From the NCBI GenBank assembly GCA_963920595.1, contig OY986948.1, positions 4,774,001 to 4,838,000 on the forward strand: 64,000 nt of DNA, read 5' to 3'. Within the stretch, counting starts at the first letter, position 1; each line of letters begins with the position of its first letter. Below are positions 1 to 14,200 of this stretch, piece by piece. This DNA comes from Eimeria praecox. Taxonomy: Eukaryota. Position numbers and translations under genes: made by a program. The notes under the pieces are model-generated. The model saw only the letters and a list, made by a program, of their open reading frames with translations. It searched no databases and was not told the DNA's origin.

Positions 1-3000
1 ACGAGGATAACGGATAGGCTGGTGTCCATCCCCTCCGCTGACTGCATAGCACAATACACGACAAAACGCATCACCAGGAAAGACGCTGTTTGGCAAACTA
101 TGGTTTCAACGTGCAGGACTGGACAGCAACAGCGTGACGACTGCAAGTTCTGCTGCAAGCCGCCATGCACCAGCAAAACTGCGTATCGCAAACACTGCTG
201 GGGTTCTTCCGCTGCACACGTTCAAATGCTGCCGAGCTCACCAGCCGGTAATCAACTATATTTTGCAGAAGCACGTACAGGACTGCTGCAGATCCGACGA
301 AAAAGTCAAACCTACTGGCAAATGAACGACGGAAAGAACAAAGCAGCAGTCCAGCAAGGGGTGTTAAAGGTAGGAGCGACAAAATCAGATCGCCGAGACC
401 TCTCGGAGTGCTTACGCCATTGTGAACATTATGCGTCACAAGATTGAATATAACCCCCAACACGAGGAAGACAGCCAACGTGCTCCGAAAGACAACTGTT
501 GATCGACGCAACTCCCTCTCGCGGGCGGATTGATAGTCCGCCTCCAAGTAGGGATCACGGAAAGTCAACGTGATGCCCTTTAGGGCGTCATTTGCACGCT
601 GCTCTGTTGCGGCTTCGTCGCATACAACAGCTGGTGCAGAAGGTGTGAAAGCCTCAAAGTCACTTTCAGATCCAAAGAAGCTTTCACTAGACCAGTCATC
701 TTCCACCACCACATTGCTTTCCGAAAACATGCTGGTCGTGTCAGTCATCCCCCGCCGAAGGTTCCGCTCGTCTCCGCTGTCTGTCGTTGTCCCCATGCCA
801 ACTAGAAGACCCCCTGCGGACGTTGTCAGATGCCGTCTCACCTCCCATGAAGGTGGATTTAGGATTGGGCTCTCAGATGCTGCAAAGCCATCGCATGGAC
901 GAACACATGCAGCGTCTATGCGTTAACTGTAGGCGCATCCATGGAGTGTACAATGTGCAAGAAATCGGCAGGACAAATCGGAGTACACTGCCACCTCATC
1001 AAACACCTGTTGCCTTACCGATTGCAAGAGTCCTCGACGAACGAACGAGGGCCTTCCCCCTCGGGTGCAACGAGAGAGAGTGTCGCACGGCCTCTCCGTT
1101 CAGCAGCGAGAAAAAGAAAGGAGCAGGAAGTCGAGACGCTACTCTCTGGAGAAACAGCAAATGATGCCGTCTGTGATACGAGCACAGAGCGGCACCGGTG
1201 ATAAAACTGCGCCGGCAGAATGCTGAGCTGCACCCCACCTCCATCAGCCCCAGACAGCGCGTCTCCATCTGACAGTCCTGCACTTCATAATTTTCAGTGT
1301 TGCTCTCCAGTTCCCTTAGCATAAATGCATCCGTAGCTTCCAGCGTCCAGCATAACCTGCAGGTCTGTGGTGACATCTCCGCATCCTGCTTGCCTCGATT
1401 AAAGCAAACTGAGTAAGGCCGCTGCCGTTGCTGGTACCTACTGCCACAGTGCTCGATGTGCCTTGCAGGCAAATCGTCGGCACCTGTTTCTGGCTCCTCT
1501 GCGCACATGCCGTCTGCAGCTAGTAAGACCTTCTCCGGGCCAAGCAGCAGGTTGAAGCGCCTAAATAATCCGGCCACAAGCATTGCCACGGCAACGCAGG
1601 GAAGTAGAACAAGCCACCACGCAGGAAATCCATATGGCAGAAGGTGAAGCTGTCTCATGCCGCTGGTCCCTCCATAGAAAAGCAAGAACTGAAGAACAGT
1701 GAGGAGCCACGGGAAGCTAGCCAGGGCCATGACAATGCAAAGGGGTCGCAAGTGTGCGAAGCATGCCCCTATCCGCTTATAACAAAGCAGAATAAACATA
1801 TCAGATGCCTTTGTCTCTCGAAAATCCATCAGCAAAGCACTATCACGATGAGCCATCGACTCAATTCCGCAGGGGCGCATCGATGCATGCATGCTGGTTA
1901 GGTGCAAATCATCTACAGAGCTGTAAGGGCTTGCAATCGTCTCTCGGGCCGTCTGGAGCATGTACGCCTCCCGATTCTGATGAGAATTGATATCAGCTGC
2001 ACAGGCGCTCGGCTGCGACACAGTGCGATACTGATCCTCCGTGTGGTCCGTTCGATCAAACCGCAATCGCGAGCCTCCAGCGGGGGCGCTCGCATCGGTT
2101 GCAGCCGTTCGAAGCAGCAATGGCCGTACAGCCCCTGGCTTACAACCACAACTGCTGCAACCTTCATTTGCCCAGCACGCGACGGCGGCGCGGCGGCAAA
2201 AGGCATTCTGCAAGCCCTGCCACACTCCCTTTAAAACGCGCCCACGTGCTGCGCATCCGCCTATATTGAGGGCTACAAGCCACGGTCGCACTACCACGCC
2301 AAAGCAGAGGGCAATGAGGAAAAAATCCGTTAGGTGAAGCAGCGCACCAACCTGCATCCCCTTAAACACAGCTTGGTGCCCCAAGGCGAAAGTAGCCACT
2401 GAAGTTAAGATTCCCTCACATGCTGTCCAGAAGCACTGCGAATAGCAAAGGATCTTACGGCGCCGCAACCACAGATAGCTCAGTGGCCGCGTTCGCTGCA
2501 ACAACAAGCACAAGCGTTATACAGTGCGCCATTACCGATGAAAGTGACACCATTCAGGGATACAGCTCATGGATACAAAGCATCATGAGCAAGCAAACAC
2601 ATCTATATTCAGATTCTAATTTGAAGGCGCCCGAATGCGCGAGGTGGGTAAGCTGCATGGCTGTTTCCGCCCCCTCTCCACATACCTCGTCGTCAAGCGA
2701 AGCTGCCATTGGATGTCCAACCAGGCAGGCGGCAGCAACAGCAATCAGAGAAAACCAGATACAGAATACTGACCCGGTCGGATCCTCGTAATCAAGAAGA
2801 TTCGTTAGTAGCAATGCGAAGACAAAGCTTGAAAGCAAGCTTGTGGAATAGACAACCTGGTCTATCAGCAGTAAGCTCTGCGCCTGTTCAAAAAGTGCGT
2901 TTCTAAATATCAGGCTGCAGAGAGATTGGAACGATGCCAGAACTACGTCCGCGCTCCCGCCATACAGGCATGCCGCCTGAATGCAAGGCTCGAACGCACC

Positions 3001-6000
3001 ATTCTTTGAGATGGAATCCCTACCCAGACGCCCCGAACCCCTCTTCGACACTTGTGACGCCTGCTGGTGCTCTAACGTCATGTCCTGTTGTTGTTGCAGG
3101 TGGGACCCTTGCTTTGTAAGGCCAGTAAGCCCCAGCTCCATAGAATCCATCTGTCCTTTCGAGGCTAGACGGCTCTCCGCAGGTCCGGGCAAGGGAAGGG
3201 ACTTTCCTCTCTCCGCTGCCGGTTCATGCTCAGGGAGCAGAGGTAGTAAAGCATGGTATGTCCTCCTTGCACTGTCGAGGAAACTCCTGCTAAGCTGCCG
3301 GAGTACAGGAATCCTCTCTCCACCCTCCCCAAACGTGACCTGATCCGCCTCTGACGGCGGCATCCATCTTAATTCATTCGTGGCGATTTCCGTTTGCGCC
3401 GAAGAGCAAAGTACCATGATGCCTACAGTGGCTTCCTGCATCATCGCCGCATCCTCCGCACTGCTGCCAGCGGCGATGACAACTGGTCGGGGCTTGAGGG
3501 ACCTTTTGATGCATGTTACCAGCTGCTGCTTTAGCTGGCCGCGGATTTCGGCGCAGACATTGATATCGGCGCGGCAGATAGCGTAAACAAACAATCCCTA
3601 CACACCAAGCAACGCATCTGTAGGAACAGTACATAACAAATCAGTACATGTAGATCAGCGTTCCTGGAGCATTCATAGTGACTGAAAGCATCCTAATAAT
3701 GCGGTGCCAGAAGCCGATTATCGAGCTACACACCTGGAGTAGTTTGTGCGAAAAGAAAAAGGAAAGTGAAGCTGCATCTAGCAGTAAGCAAATACCCTGG
3801 CCTTGCTCTCTCGATTGGCTCCACATGTCTTCAAAAACTCGGAGAAAACACCTTCCAACGCGGAGTTTCCTTCGAAGAGGCAGCGATGAAAGGCTCACGC
3901 TGTATTCGTCTTTAGCGTGGACCTCACTCCTTTGCTGAAGGATGCGACGCCCTGATCCAACATTTTCCTTCTGGCAATCGCCTTGATGAACGCCCACGCA
4001 TTTCTCTCTTCTGAAGTGCCCCTTTGTACGGCTATAGCTACGTTGTGAAAAACTCCCGTGTGCACGCCTTCCTTCCTCGCCAACGGATGACAGCCGACGG
4101 CTTGTCACCTTCAAAAGGCGACGTCTCGGCACCGTAGTTCCACATTCGCACGCCCATATTGACGCAGATGGACTCTGAAGGCGACGGCGGTCCTTAAGCG
4201 CGTAATGGGCCAGCTCGGCCAAGCAACGTTGCAATAAGATTTGGGCGTCTGCTATAGCCCAGTGCGAGATGGAAGCTGAAACGTTCGTCACGAGCCCATG
4301 AAGACACCCAGAATACAATATTCGAGGTGAGCCTGTGTGGACGTCATCAATGGTGTTCCGTACGCTTACGGAGTGACCCTCGTCATAACACCGGCGGCAC
4401 GACGCAGGTCTGGGTGGATCGCTGCTCTCTTCGGTGTCACTCTGGCATCCCTGGTGGTTTCCAGCAATTGTGACTGCGCCGTCGCCACTGTTCGACGGAG
4501 ACTCACAGCAATGATGATGTACGTCCCCCATGGAGCGAGCATAGCGCGTTCCTGGCGCTCCAGGTCTGCTCAAACAACTCCAATCAAATGATGGCAATAG
4601 CCCACAGTGCCTCGCCGTCGCGAGGGCTGCGTGTTTATCTCCACCGACAAGGAATATCTGCCGGATTCCCACTTCTTTTATCTTTGCTAAACTTTTCCTC
4701 ACCCCAGGCTGCAGCTCCTCCGTCACAGCCACGCATCCCACAAGCTGTGCAAACACAGCACGCTCAGGCACACGGCAAAGCAGGCCATCAGCCACTAACC
4801 GAACCACAACACCCCACATTCCTTCCGCAGCTGTGACTCGAGATGTGTGCATACTTTTTCCACGTACCTGCAAATCAGTCTCAAAGCTAGTAATGACCCT
4901 CTCCTGTCTTTCCTCTTGACGGTACATGGAGTTGGACGCCTCCTCGCTTAACTGGATATACAATGCTAACTCCTCAGCGGAAAGGGCGCGCGCTGCGAAA
5001 AGCAGCGGCTGTGAACCCTCCAGGGAAAAGCGCTGAGCCGCTAGCAATACCTGCTTTACATATTCCGCATCCCCGTCATCCTGTCGTTCCTCTCCGCCTA
5101 CCGCTGTGTTTCCATCTGGCGCATCCGTGTTGTGCTCAAGTGCCTTCTCCGCCTCACTTCCACTGCTGCTACTGCTGCTGCCTGTTCTGCAGGCCACACC
5201 CTGGGGCCTCTCCGCCAAAGTCATTCCCTGCTCGATTCTTTTCAATGCATCCAAGCCTCCCCGGCACAGCTTTGCGATGTCTGCTGCTGGGCCCCTCACA
5301 ACCAATAAGGCCCCCGAGCGATGCCCCATTGGCTTCACAACGCATGACAGGCGGGGCCTCCGCTGCGAAGGAGCGTGACTCCCTACAACTTCTACTAGAG
5401 ATACAGGATGGCAGTTGGACGCGCAGAGTTTCTCACCGAAGACGGCTTCAACAAGTGTTTGAAGTGGAGTAGCTCTGCAGCAGCTGCAGTTGCCCTCTGC
5501 AGGGGTCCCACCCCCTGATGAAGGTCTGCAAGGGGCTCCCCTCGGAGTCGTCGGTGCCAGTAAGGGTTCCGCCTGCTGAAACTGGCACGGACAGTCCGGC
5601 ATGCGTATTGGAGACCGCTCAATATGCAGCTGTGTGCCTCGTCGGAGGACTGGCTTGTATCCCAGCGCGCTACAGAGATTTAGTACAACTGGATCCTCGG
5701 GAAGTGTTGACTGAGCCACACAGAAAATTGAAGGGCAATCGCTGAGACGTACAGGCGCGCCGAGGATGCCAGCTCAATGCCCACAAGGCGCCCATACCTT
5801 CACCCCGTCTGTCGGGTGAAGGTGTACCTGCTACAACGCAGCCTGAAACACCAAAGCGTTTGCCCTAGGAGCCCAGGCGCACCTGGAAGTCAACCTCTAC
5901 CTGTGCTCTTACTGCATCCGGGACGCCAGCCACTTCGTCCACGCCCTCCTTTCTCCCTGGATTGCAACGAAACGAAAAAACTGTTCAGCAATCGCAACCC

Positions 6001-9000
6001 AACGGCAAGAGCTTCGTGAGCGTGAGCAATCTGCAGCGCCAGGGCAGCAAGTAACCGTGTCTTACCTTCCTGTGTCCTCCTGGACAGAAATGGCGTTGCG
6101 CAGTGGCATATGGACGCAATCTGCAAACCGCCGCACCCTGAGAGACGCTATGTGAATCGCAGGATGTTTCAAAATACCCTTGATAATTAAGTCTGTCCCT
6201 CGGCTTGTCCCTGCAAGATTTAGCTTAGTCCCCAGGCGGTAATAGCGGCAAGCTCACCTGCGCAAGAACTTCCAGTCTGCCTCGTTCATCACGGTGCGTG
6301 GTGTAATAGTGCTCAATTGTGGACATATCCTCCATCTCAATGTCGCATCTCCCACATCTGACGGCAAGGGATCTTTCTGAACCGTAGAAACTTAACATGG
6401 CCTTGCTATCAATGATATCTTGACTCCCGGCCCCGCCGCCGTCTACTGTCCTCTCATCCTGGCTCGGACAGTCACTAGACAGATCTAGGGGCACCCCAGC
6501 ACTCTCGGTGCTGCCACAAAGGCGATCCCCAATTTCCAAGTCATCTCCAGATTGCAGATCTTCCGCAAGACGTCTCGCGAAGCAGGCGCCGCCCGCGCAT
6601 ACCCCTCGAAGGTGCAGGGTAGATCCATCTACGACAGCTCCCTTGTCGAATAACAAAAAGTCAGCCCGGGCTAGATCATCAAGTGCGGACGGCGATATGA
6701 GTTGTCCAAATACCGCAGATGCGCAGCAGCCTTCGTCTGAAGAAGGGCATTTCTGCTGCTGATGATGTCCCCGTTGCTCGGCATGGGGGTCTCTGTGCTC
6801 CCACGCCTGCCGCATCCGCGCGCTGTCTGCGCACCGCTCCCGCAGCAAACTTATAGGGTACGAGAGGTTCTCCCTTCGCCGGAGCTTGACGATATCAAGC
6901 GCAAAGCTTAGAGCCACTGGCCCGCACGACAAGAGAAACAGCCACTGAGAGAGCTGCGTTTTATACTGTGGCATATCAAAACTCCACCCGTGCCCTGTAC
7001 CGCCCAATCCTTTCACTAAGAACAGAGCCTGAAGTACACATTTGCCAGGGCACAGTCCGCTGGATGTCAGACGAGCGGATCTTCGAAACAAACGCCAAGG
7101 GCCTAAGGGCCCCCGCACGGCCTACAACCCCCACTTTTCACCATGCAGACTGCACGACCCTCCCAACTGCACCGCCTGTTGAAATGCCCAACGACACCGG
7201 AAGCTCTGGGTAGCAAGTGTTTTTCAATTCGGGCATCCTATTGTGTGGCTGTGTTTAGGCACAGGCCATTGCAAAGTGTCTTTCCCAATGTCAAGCCCCG
7301 AGGAAGCCGGGTAGAGCGAACACTTACCACACCAAGAAGCAACGTTACCACCGCAAAAACCCCCACGACGACGCTGCATGCAGAATCAAGCTCTCTATTC
7401 CCCTCCTTGCAGCTTCTGCGAGACTGGTAGAAAGCAACATCCTCTGCGGCGTGCAGAACCAGTCCATCAATCCACTCAGTCCACCGCAGAATGCTCCCTG
7501 GAGTGAAACCCCGCAGCACGCACAGCATGTTTCCATGCAGAGAATCAGCACAGTGTCGTGATGCAGATGGCGGAAGAAGGCAGCCAATGCACGTCTCAGC
7601 AACACAATCGTCCCTGCGAAGCCACGGCTAGGAAATCCCTTTTCTTTCACCCGGCACGTCACCGCCACCGGCACCACGAAGTCACCACGCACCTCTCGGA
7701 GCAACGTTGCTGGCTACGATGCGTGTCCCCCTGGGCCGGGCGTCTAGTCGTATGGTTCCCTTGAAGTGTGGCGAGCCTCCCGCAGGGCTCTCACAGACAA
7801 CCCGGCCCCTTAATCCTGCCAGTGCCGTCAGCGAGTAGTCCGCTTTTGTCTCTCTTACGCAATACCGCCTAAATGCAAATCGAGGATCTCACAGAATAGC
7901 ATATATACCTTCCTGAGTGCCATACAGCCGGGCACAAGAGAGGAAAGCGGTGCTTGCTCGCCAGGGTGGCACAAGCGAACTCCTCACCTAGTAAAACTAG
8001 CAGCGCCATCTACCATGCGCAAGTCCAAGACAGCTGACTCTGAATGCCCGCAGGTGAGGATCAGCAAATCTGCCGGCACGCACTCCCCGCAGTATACACG
8101 CACAATGTTGCCCACGCGGAGGTCTCCCCAAGCCGCCTGCAAACAACAGCAACGGGGTATCCATGGGAATTAACGCATCCAAGCCCCCAGCAGCAATGCC
8201 CCAACCTGCTCAGATAGCAGCACGCCAGTAATCCATGAAACCAAAACCGGATATGATAACCCTCCAATACTTGCTGTCCCGTCAGTCCTAGCTTCACGGG
8301 AAAAGCGCCATACTCCGCAGATGAGGGCCCTACCTCCTTCAGAACCGGCTCCCGTCCGTCGAGCACATGACACGTAAATGCGCTTGACACGGTGCTGCAA
8401 ACACAAAGGGCCGCCCGCTGCAAAGACAAGCTGATGGAGTCATATGTCCTGTCTATAACAACGCCACAAGGCCCCGCGAGCGGGCACTCCAAGACTGTGC
8501 AGAGGATGTGACTGCTTTGGCACGTGCTGCAGCACCACCTGCCGGAGCAGTCCACGGTGCTGCAGCCTTCAGCTGCAGAGAACCCTGCCGGTGCACGAAA
8601 CATGTTCAGAAAATATTTTGCGGGGGCTCAAACGGAGGTAAACGTGCATCAGACAGATACGCCTGCACGCTACTTCGTGGTCAAAATACACAGTAAGGAG
8701 AGGCGTAACACTAAACGGGTGAGATAACACTAAGAGGGTGACAGAGGCAAACCACCAACCAGCCGACGAGGCCGTCTGTCAAGTGAGCAGACACCGCGTG
8801 GCGAAGCCACACACCTACCCCCACCCCCTTGACTGAGAAGTGGCCCCCCACAACATGCCTACTCATGCAGTCCCAAAGAGCCACCCTCACAGCACATGTA
8901 AACATGAAAACACTTACGCTGCAATAGCCTCCCGCCGACTTGAAGCCTGCACGTGTCGCCCCGCAAAGGCTGCAACTGACAACAGCAGCAGCAAGGGGGC

Positions 9001-9698
9001 CCCCAGGAGCAGCAGCACCTGATGCGATGCAGACAACGAGCGTCTTTGCTCACAGCCGTACACAACAAAAGACAGAATGCACGTCACCATGAGCCATATA
9101 TTGGTGGGGCGGGAAAGCAAGCGCCAGCTAGAACAAAGAAAGCGCGACAAGCTCTGCAGCAAGAACACACGCACCAGAAGCAGCAGCTGCAGAAGCAGCT
9201 GCAGAGGCAGCTCCTTTTGTCCCTCGTGTTAAAACCTGTTAACTGTTAACCCCTCCCCCCCCTGCTGATGCACCAACGGACCCAATACCACTGGTCCCTT
9301 GAAACCCTAGATAAGTCAAGACTCACAAACTGCATACACCCTCCTGGCGCTGCGACAGGAGCAGGCGTGCACGTCTCTTCCTCTGTAACGGGGTTAATCA
9401 CCACCTGCCGGACAGCCCAATATGGCATCAACAGGCGTGTCCCCCGTGACAGCCTTTCCTTCTTCGCATTCAGCAGTGTGCGTTCCGTCCCCAGAAGTGG
9501 CGCTGTAGGCAGCGCAGGAGTCCCCCACACGCTGCCGACCGTAGATAACAGCGGGGAGGTCTTACTGCCACCAGTGCTGCTGGTGCTGCTGCTGCTGCTC
9601 ATATCACCTCCCAGCTGCCCCCTATATGCTCCGCTCTCCACCGGAGCTCCATCGTAGCCTGGGAAAGGTCCCTCCGGTTCGTGACTTTCAGGTGGCAT
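1..9698 (-). CDS. P4-ATPase-like protein with degenerate catalytic motifs, probably an ATPase-guanylyl cyclase chimera. Multi-exon; 3' part runs off the left edge; start codon tentative
   Basis: Colinear P4-ATPase landmarks on the minus strand: RQVVINP (~9.4 kb); TM1-2 LSRPTNIWLMVTCIL..PLLLLLSVAAF (8914-9174); A-domain exon 7988-8136 WGDLRVGNIVRVYCGECVPADLLIL..MVDGAAS; TM4 GPVALSFALDIVK; LDDLARADFLLFDKGAV (~6.65 kb); LVGCVAVTEELQPGVRKSLAKIKEVGIRQIFLVGGDK (~4.7 kb); KQQLV..VVIAAGSSAEDAAMMQEATVGI (~3.45 kb). Further TM blocks follow, then ITLTFRDPYLEADY plus TM helices (ORF 98-841), resembling the pre-membrane motif of class III cyclases. No cyclase catalytic domain is visible in the window. 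Confidence 0.8.
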
Positions 9699-12479
9699 CT
9701 TCCAAGCGAATGCATGCAGCTCCAGCCCCAAGTGGTGCTGCCATTTCGCAGCGCCCTGACACTCACGGTGCTCTGAGCGCGCAGCTATCCAGCTACCCAC
9801 GCAGCCAAGGGATTATCGAGCCAGCTAGCTGACTCCGGCGCAATGGAGATCCTACAGCTGGCCGCCACAGCGGCGCTCGAAGCATGGCGGCAGGGGGCGC
9901 CGCGGCAAGGTCGTCTGGGGTGTAGAACCCCAACAAATACGTTGTGAAAACTACTCTCGCTTTTGCTTTCTGGGTTTTGACCAAGGGAAGCGACGGTGTC
10001 CCGAGATCCTCGCCGCGCTGCATGCAACAGCAGGCAAGCCACAGTGCTCCCTCGGCGCTCCGTCCTGCCCTATGTACGCTGCTGTGGTGATGAAATAGAC
10101 TAAATCGCAACAAAGGAGCACACAAGAACCCGCTGTGTGTGTCCTTTGCGTCGGCGCTGTGCGTGGCTAGAGACGCAAGCAGGCCAACAGCCCATAAAAA
10201 GGAGAAATACACAGCCCCTCCTGCACACCTTCGTGTTCCGGGGATATTTACAAAACTCGACTGAAGGGAACGTTAACACAATAGGATGAGCCTCAATGCC
10301 AAAGCAAAGCCAGTGGAACCCGAGCTCCCGAGGTGGCAGATTCACCTGGGTGAGCTTCTGTCGGTAGCAGTGAGCCTCCTGAGGGTTTGACGTTGAGAAA
10401 AAGCAGATGAAAGGATAGTATTGAGTAGTGATAACCCGCAAAAGAGGCGAAAGGATGCACCACCGGCTACAGAGGCAATAGAAGGCCTCCGATTGCCAGC
10501 TTGACTGGGGCAGACAGTCGAATGGCAGCAAACGACCCGGCGTGTGTAGAGAGCGTTGAAGACACTTGAACACCAGAGGGCCTTTAAGCATCTAACAGAA
10601 TAAAAACAAGCAACCAACTTCAATTCATGCGCAAAAGCCTCGTGATGTCACACACCGCACACTCGGGGGCGTGCAGCGCGTAATCCGACCCACAGGAATG
10701 ACGCGTTGCCCGGCGGACAGTTGTCTGTTCGCAGTGCCTTTGGGGCAATAACGCCTGGAAAATTAAACCAAAATATACTTGAAGTATGTTTAAGCTTGAA
10801 GAGTCATTCATAGCTCAACAGGAGACCTCCTCACCACCTGCTGCCTACCTCGGCCTCGCACAGTTTGTGGGGAACTGTTTCAGGAGCTGCTGAGCGACTG
10901 CGGGAAATGGGCCTGGGCTGCACACCAGTTTTTTGTCTATTTTATGGTATATTTCAACGTGTTAATCCATTCCTGATCATGAAACACTCTTAACGTGTTC
11001 TAGTTTAAGAATGAAGTCGATCAGGCAATCACCTCACATACAGGGGTCAAGCGGCTGGTCCGTCTCGGGCAGCCTCTCACTGCTCTGTGCAAACAAATGG
11101 AGTCTCTTCATATTTAATCAATGAGCAGGAGTATCCCCCCAAATTCGCAGCACTTCTCTTATTCTGTCTTGCCCACAACACTGAGAAAGAACCACAACAG
11201 GTCCTCCCAAGCTAACTACTTGAGAATATGTCCCAGCACGATATTGAAGCGAGTGGTGTGTAAAGTTGGTATGTGTGTATTTCCACGGGCATGGGCTGGA
11301 TGTTGAGGGCTATGCGAGTGTTCGGCAGCTGTTTGCAGTGTTAGTGCATGCAACAAGTGCTTTGTTTGTTGTCCTAGCACAGTGGGTTTGCAGCTTGGTC
11401 TGTGTAGCAGGCATCGCATGACAGGGGTACTCATATTCCTAGTTACTCGCAGGCTGACTGTCGAGGGCGAAGTAAGTGTTTAGAAACAATCTGCACTACA
11501 ATCTGCACTACAGTCTTCAGTGCTAGCGCATTCAGCGGAGGAGCTTTGACTGCTCGTGCATGTGGGATTGGCTTGCAGAACTAGAAACCATAAGCTGCAT
11601 TGAAGCCTGCAATAGGCCTCACCTTGCCACTACCAGCCCAGGCCGTTGGTCCGCATAGGTACGTACGGACGGAGGCTGGAGGGTGGGGCATCTGCCTTTT
11701 GCGGACTGTCCCTTCAAGTTTTACTCTATTTCAGTGGTACTTTTCTATCAAGAACTCTCGTTGCAGTGCTGGCTTGCAGATCTAAGCGCCGGATAATGCC
11801 TTGCTCCTCACGGCATGCTGCCTTCCTCCTCTGCGAGCCAATCCCAAGCCTCCGATTAGCTGCGCCTACGACGCCCTTAGGCTGGAAGGGAGGTCAGCTG
11901 GTGTTTGAGAACACTGAAATAGTTTGACTCTACTGCAGGTCACGACGGCCCTCGTATATATAAGGTCAAGGACTCTCGGTACATTTGTAGCGCTGCATGG
12001 TTCATCACGGTAGATGCAAGCAGCGAGCCCCACCCCCACAATTAGGCGGCCACGTGTGTAGTACTGATCCGTAGCGAAGCGGCTCTCCAGAAAAACACCA
12101 AAATATCTTAAGAAATTCTTCACAGAGGCATGTTCAAAACCTCAGCCCTTTTCTTCTTATGACTAGTGAGGACTGATGAATAACTGCCATCCCTGTGTTG
12201 GTGGCGGCCAACCGCTGGGTGTTTTATCGAATTGAAGTACATGCTGACTAAAAATCCTTCCCGACGGAGAGTGCCTTTACATCTAAACCAATCAGTGAAG
12301 AGTACTTCAGCCTTATCTGGCCTTTCAGAAATGACAAGCTCCCTCACACAGGGACATCGGAGGAGCTCCTTGCTTCGTCATGCTTGTACTCTAGAAACCG
12401 CCTGTAGAGATGCAGCTGCTCGGCGATGAGCCGAAAGGCATGATATCCGCGCTTGCAAAACCGCCTGCAGTCAGGTCTA

Positions 12480-14200
12480 TGCTTGTTCAAGTTGTTAATA
12501 ATGATTAGGATCTGCTAGTCCTACTCGGTGCAGGCTGCTAGGCGAACTTGGTACCTGAAGCTATGCCGAGCAGGTGCAACCTACCTGTTTATTCGTTGGC
12601 GCAGCCTCTGGTGCTATGCTCCGCCTACGGCAGACACGGCATGAGAATCGGTTAAACTATTGGCTTAAACTGGGACGCCAATTTGGAATCTGGTCATACT
12701 ACCATCTACGGGACTTCTGCGTTGGGCAAGTTCACCGTGTTATATTCCTAGGCATCCCGTAAGTGACTCAGTGGAGGGCGCGCATGAGGCTTCCAGACGA
12801 ACTGCTTGGCGGTTACTTCCCGTGATGCAGTGCAATATTGCACCTCACAGCGCTCCTAGTGGAATATGCATCCTTTACGGGTACGACGAGGGGAATCAGT
12901 ACACCAAGGAGAAAGCGGAATTGAAAAGCCTACACAGAGCAGAGGCACTGCGGGGCACAACAAAGAAATTCATGCACTCCGTCGTGCGGGTCTTACGAAG
13001 ACAGCTGTTCTGGAGAATTCAGTCCAGCTAATAACAGAATCGAGCACAACTGAAGGAAGAATTCTCAGGTGCATGGGATGACGACTACCATGGGGCCAGC
13101 CATGCGATGAATGCCCAGTGCATAGCATAGAATTCGCACGTGCAGCAGCCTCAAGCTTCATTAGGAGATACAAACATCCCCGTAACTTGAAGAGCAAGTC
13201 GAGTGGGAAACGGCAAACCTGCTAAAAGGGATACTATTTAACCGCCAGCTAGCGCCTTAGCGCGATCTGACGTCGGTGGAGCAAAACGATGGGGATGGCG
13301 CATGTGCGTCGACTTCAAGCCCCTCAGTGGAACAATCCCGAAATAAACCTTTCCGATGACTCAAACGGACCAACTATTTGACCTGTCGCAATGTTCAGCA
13401 TTTGATCGTCATCTGGTATCTTTGATTCGCCTGTGCACTTCCCTGTACGGGCCAGCGGCAGACACAACAATGCGCAAGGTGCACGCAGTTTCCAAGTGGC
13501 ATACACGGGAACGCTCTGCGGCATCCTGAAAAGGACTGTACAGCTGCAGGGACAGGCCAGCAACGATACGTTGGGGCCCATAAATGGGAAATGAACCGTT
13601 ACGTTCATGGGCAAAATATTTGTATTCAGATGGAATGTACGTAAGAGCATTTACAGCATTTGAAGCTGGCTCTGCAACTGCTACGTGAAAAATAGTGGTT
13701 CGTAAAATCATAAATGCGTTCATTTTCCATGCAGGGGATTACCGTCGTACATTTTGTGTCTTTACAAGCAGGGGGCGAACCAGAGTCGGCGAATATAGTG
13801 GCCATTTGCATGTGACCGCCTACGCCTGTGAACTTGCGGGGGCATTCAGAAGTTACTCGGCCTCGAACCCGAACCTTCATGCCTGTGTTCCCGGCCATCG
13901 CTGCAATTCTACCCGATATATCCAAATATGGCAAGCAATTCGGTTAGACAGAAAAACCACCGGGAGCTTCACCAGGCACCTGACATCTTTCCCAGTATTC
14001 TCGTTTTCTCGGTACCCACAACCTTTTATCTCTAGCAAATTATGGCAGCGGCACAGATAGTCAATACTTACTCTTAACTCCGGCAGCTTATTATTGGTGG
14101 GTTCCCAAGCAATGCGAAGCACGCAGCAGGGCGAACAGACGAGAAGGCTCACCGTGCGTTGATTATAGATGCTTGCTCTTCGTTCTCACGCTGACGCGTT
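12480..14200 (+). mobile_element. Degenerate Ty3/gypsy LTR-retrotransposon pol remnant (protease, RT N-terminus, possible integrase traces)
   Basis: Manual translation. LVLLGAGC*ANLV (~12515-12550) and VIFLGIP*VTQW (~12740-12775) are protease-like. LKEEFSG/RLPWGQP..HSIEF..RRYKHP (13050-13180) and VEQNDG/WRMCVDFKPLSGTIPK*TFPMTQTDQLFD (13276-13382) match the gypsy RT pattern KKDGSWRMCVDYR.LN..T....P.P.ID.L.D. Weak integrase-like SGHLHVT and PFISSKLWQ lie at 13.8-14.05 kb. Stops and frameshifts throughout; no LTRs identified. Confidence 0.7.

Noticed and set aside
6845..6860. YPISLL as an intact P4-ATPase PISL motif
   Set aside because: Context aligns the TM4 motif (PISL.V.LE.VK) with GPVALSFALDIVK; the YPISLL match is likely coincidental.
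11488..11511. 12-bp tandem duplication AATCTGCACTAC as a transposon target-site duplication
   Set aside because: No intervening element, and the length does not fit gypsy TSDs.
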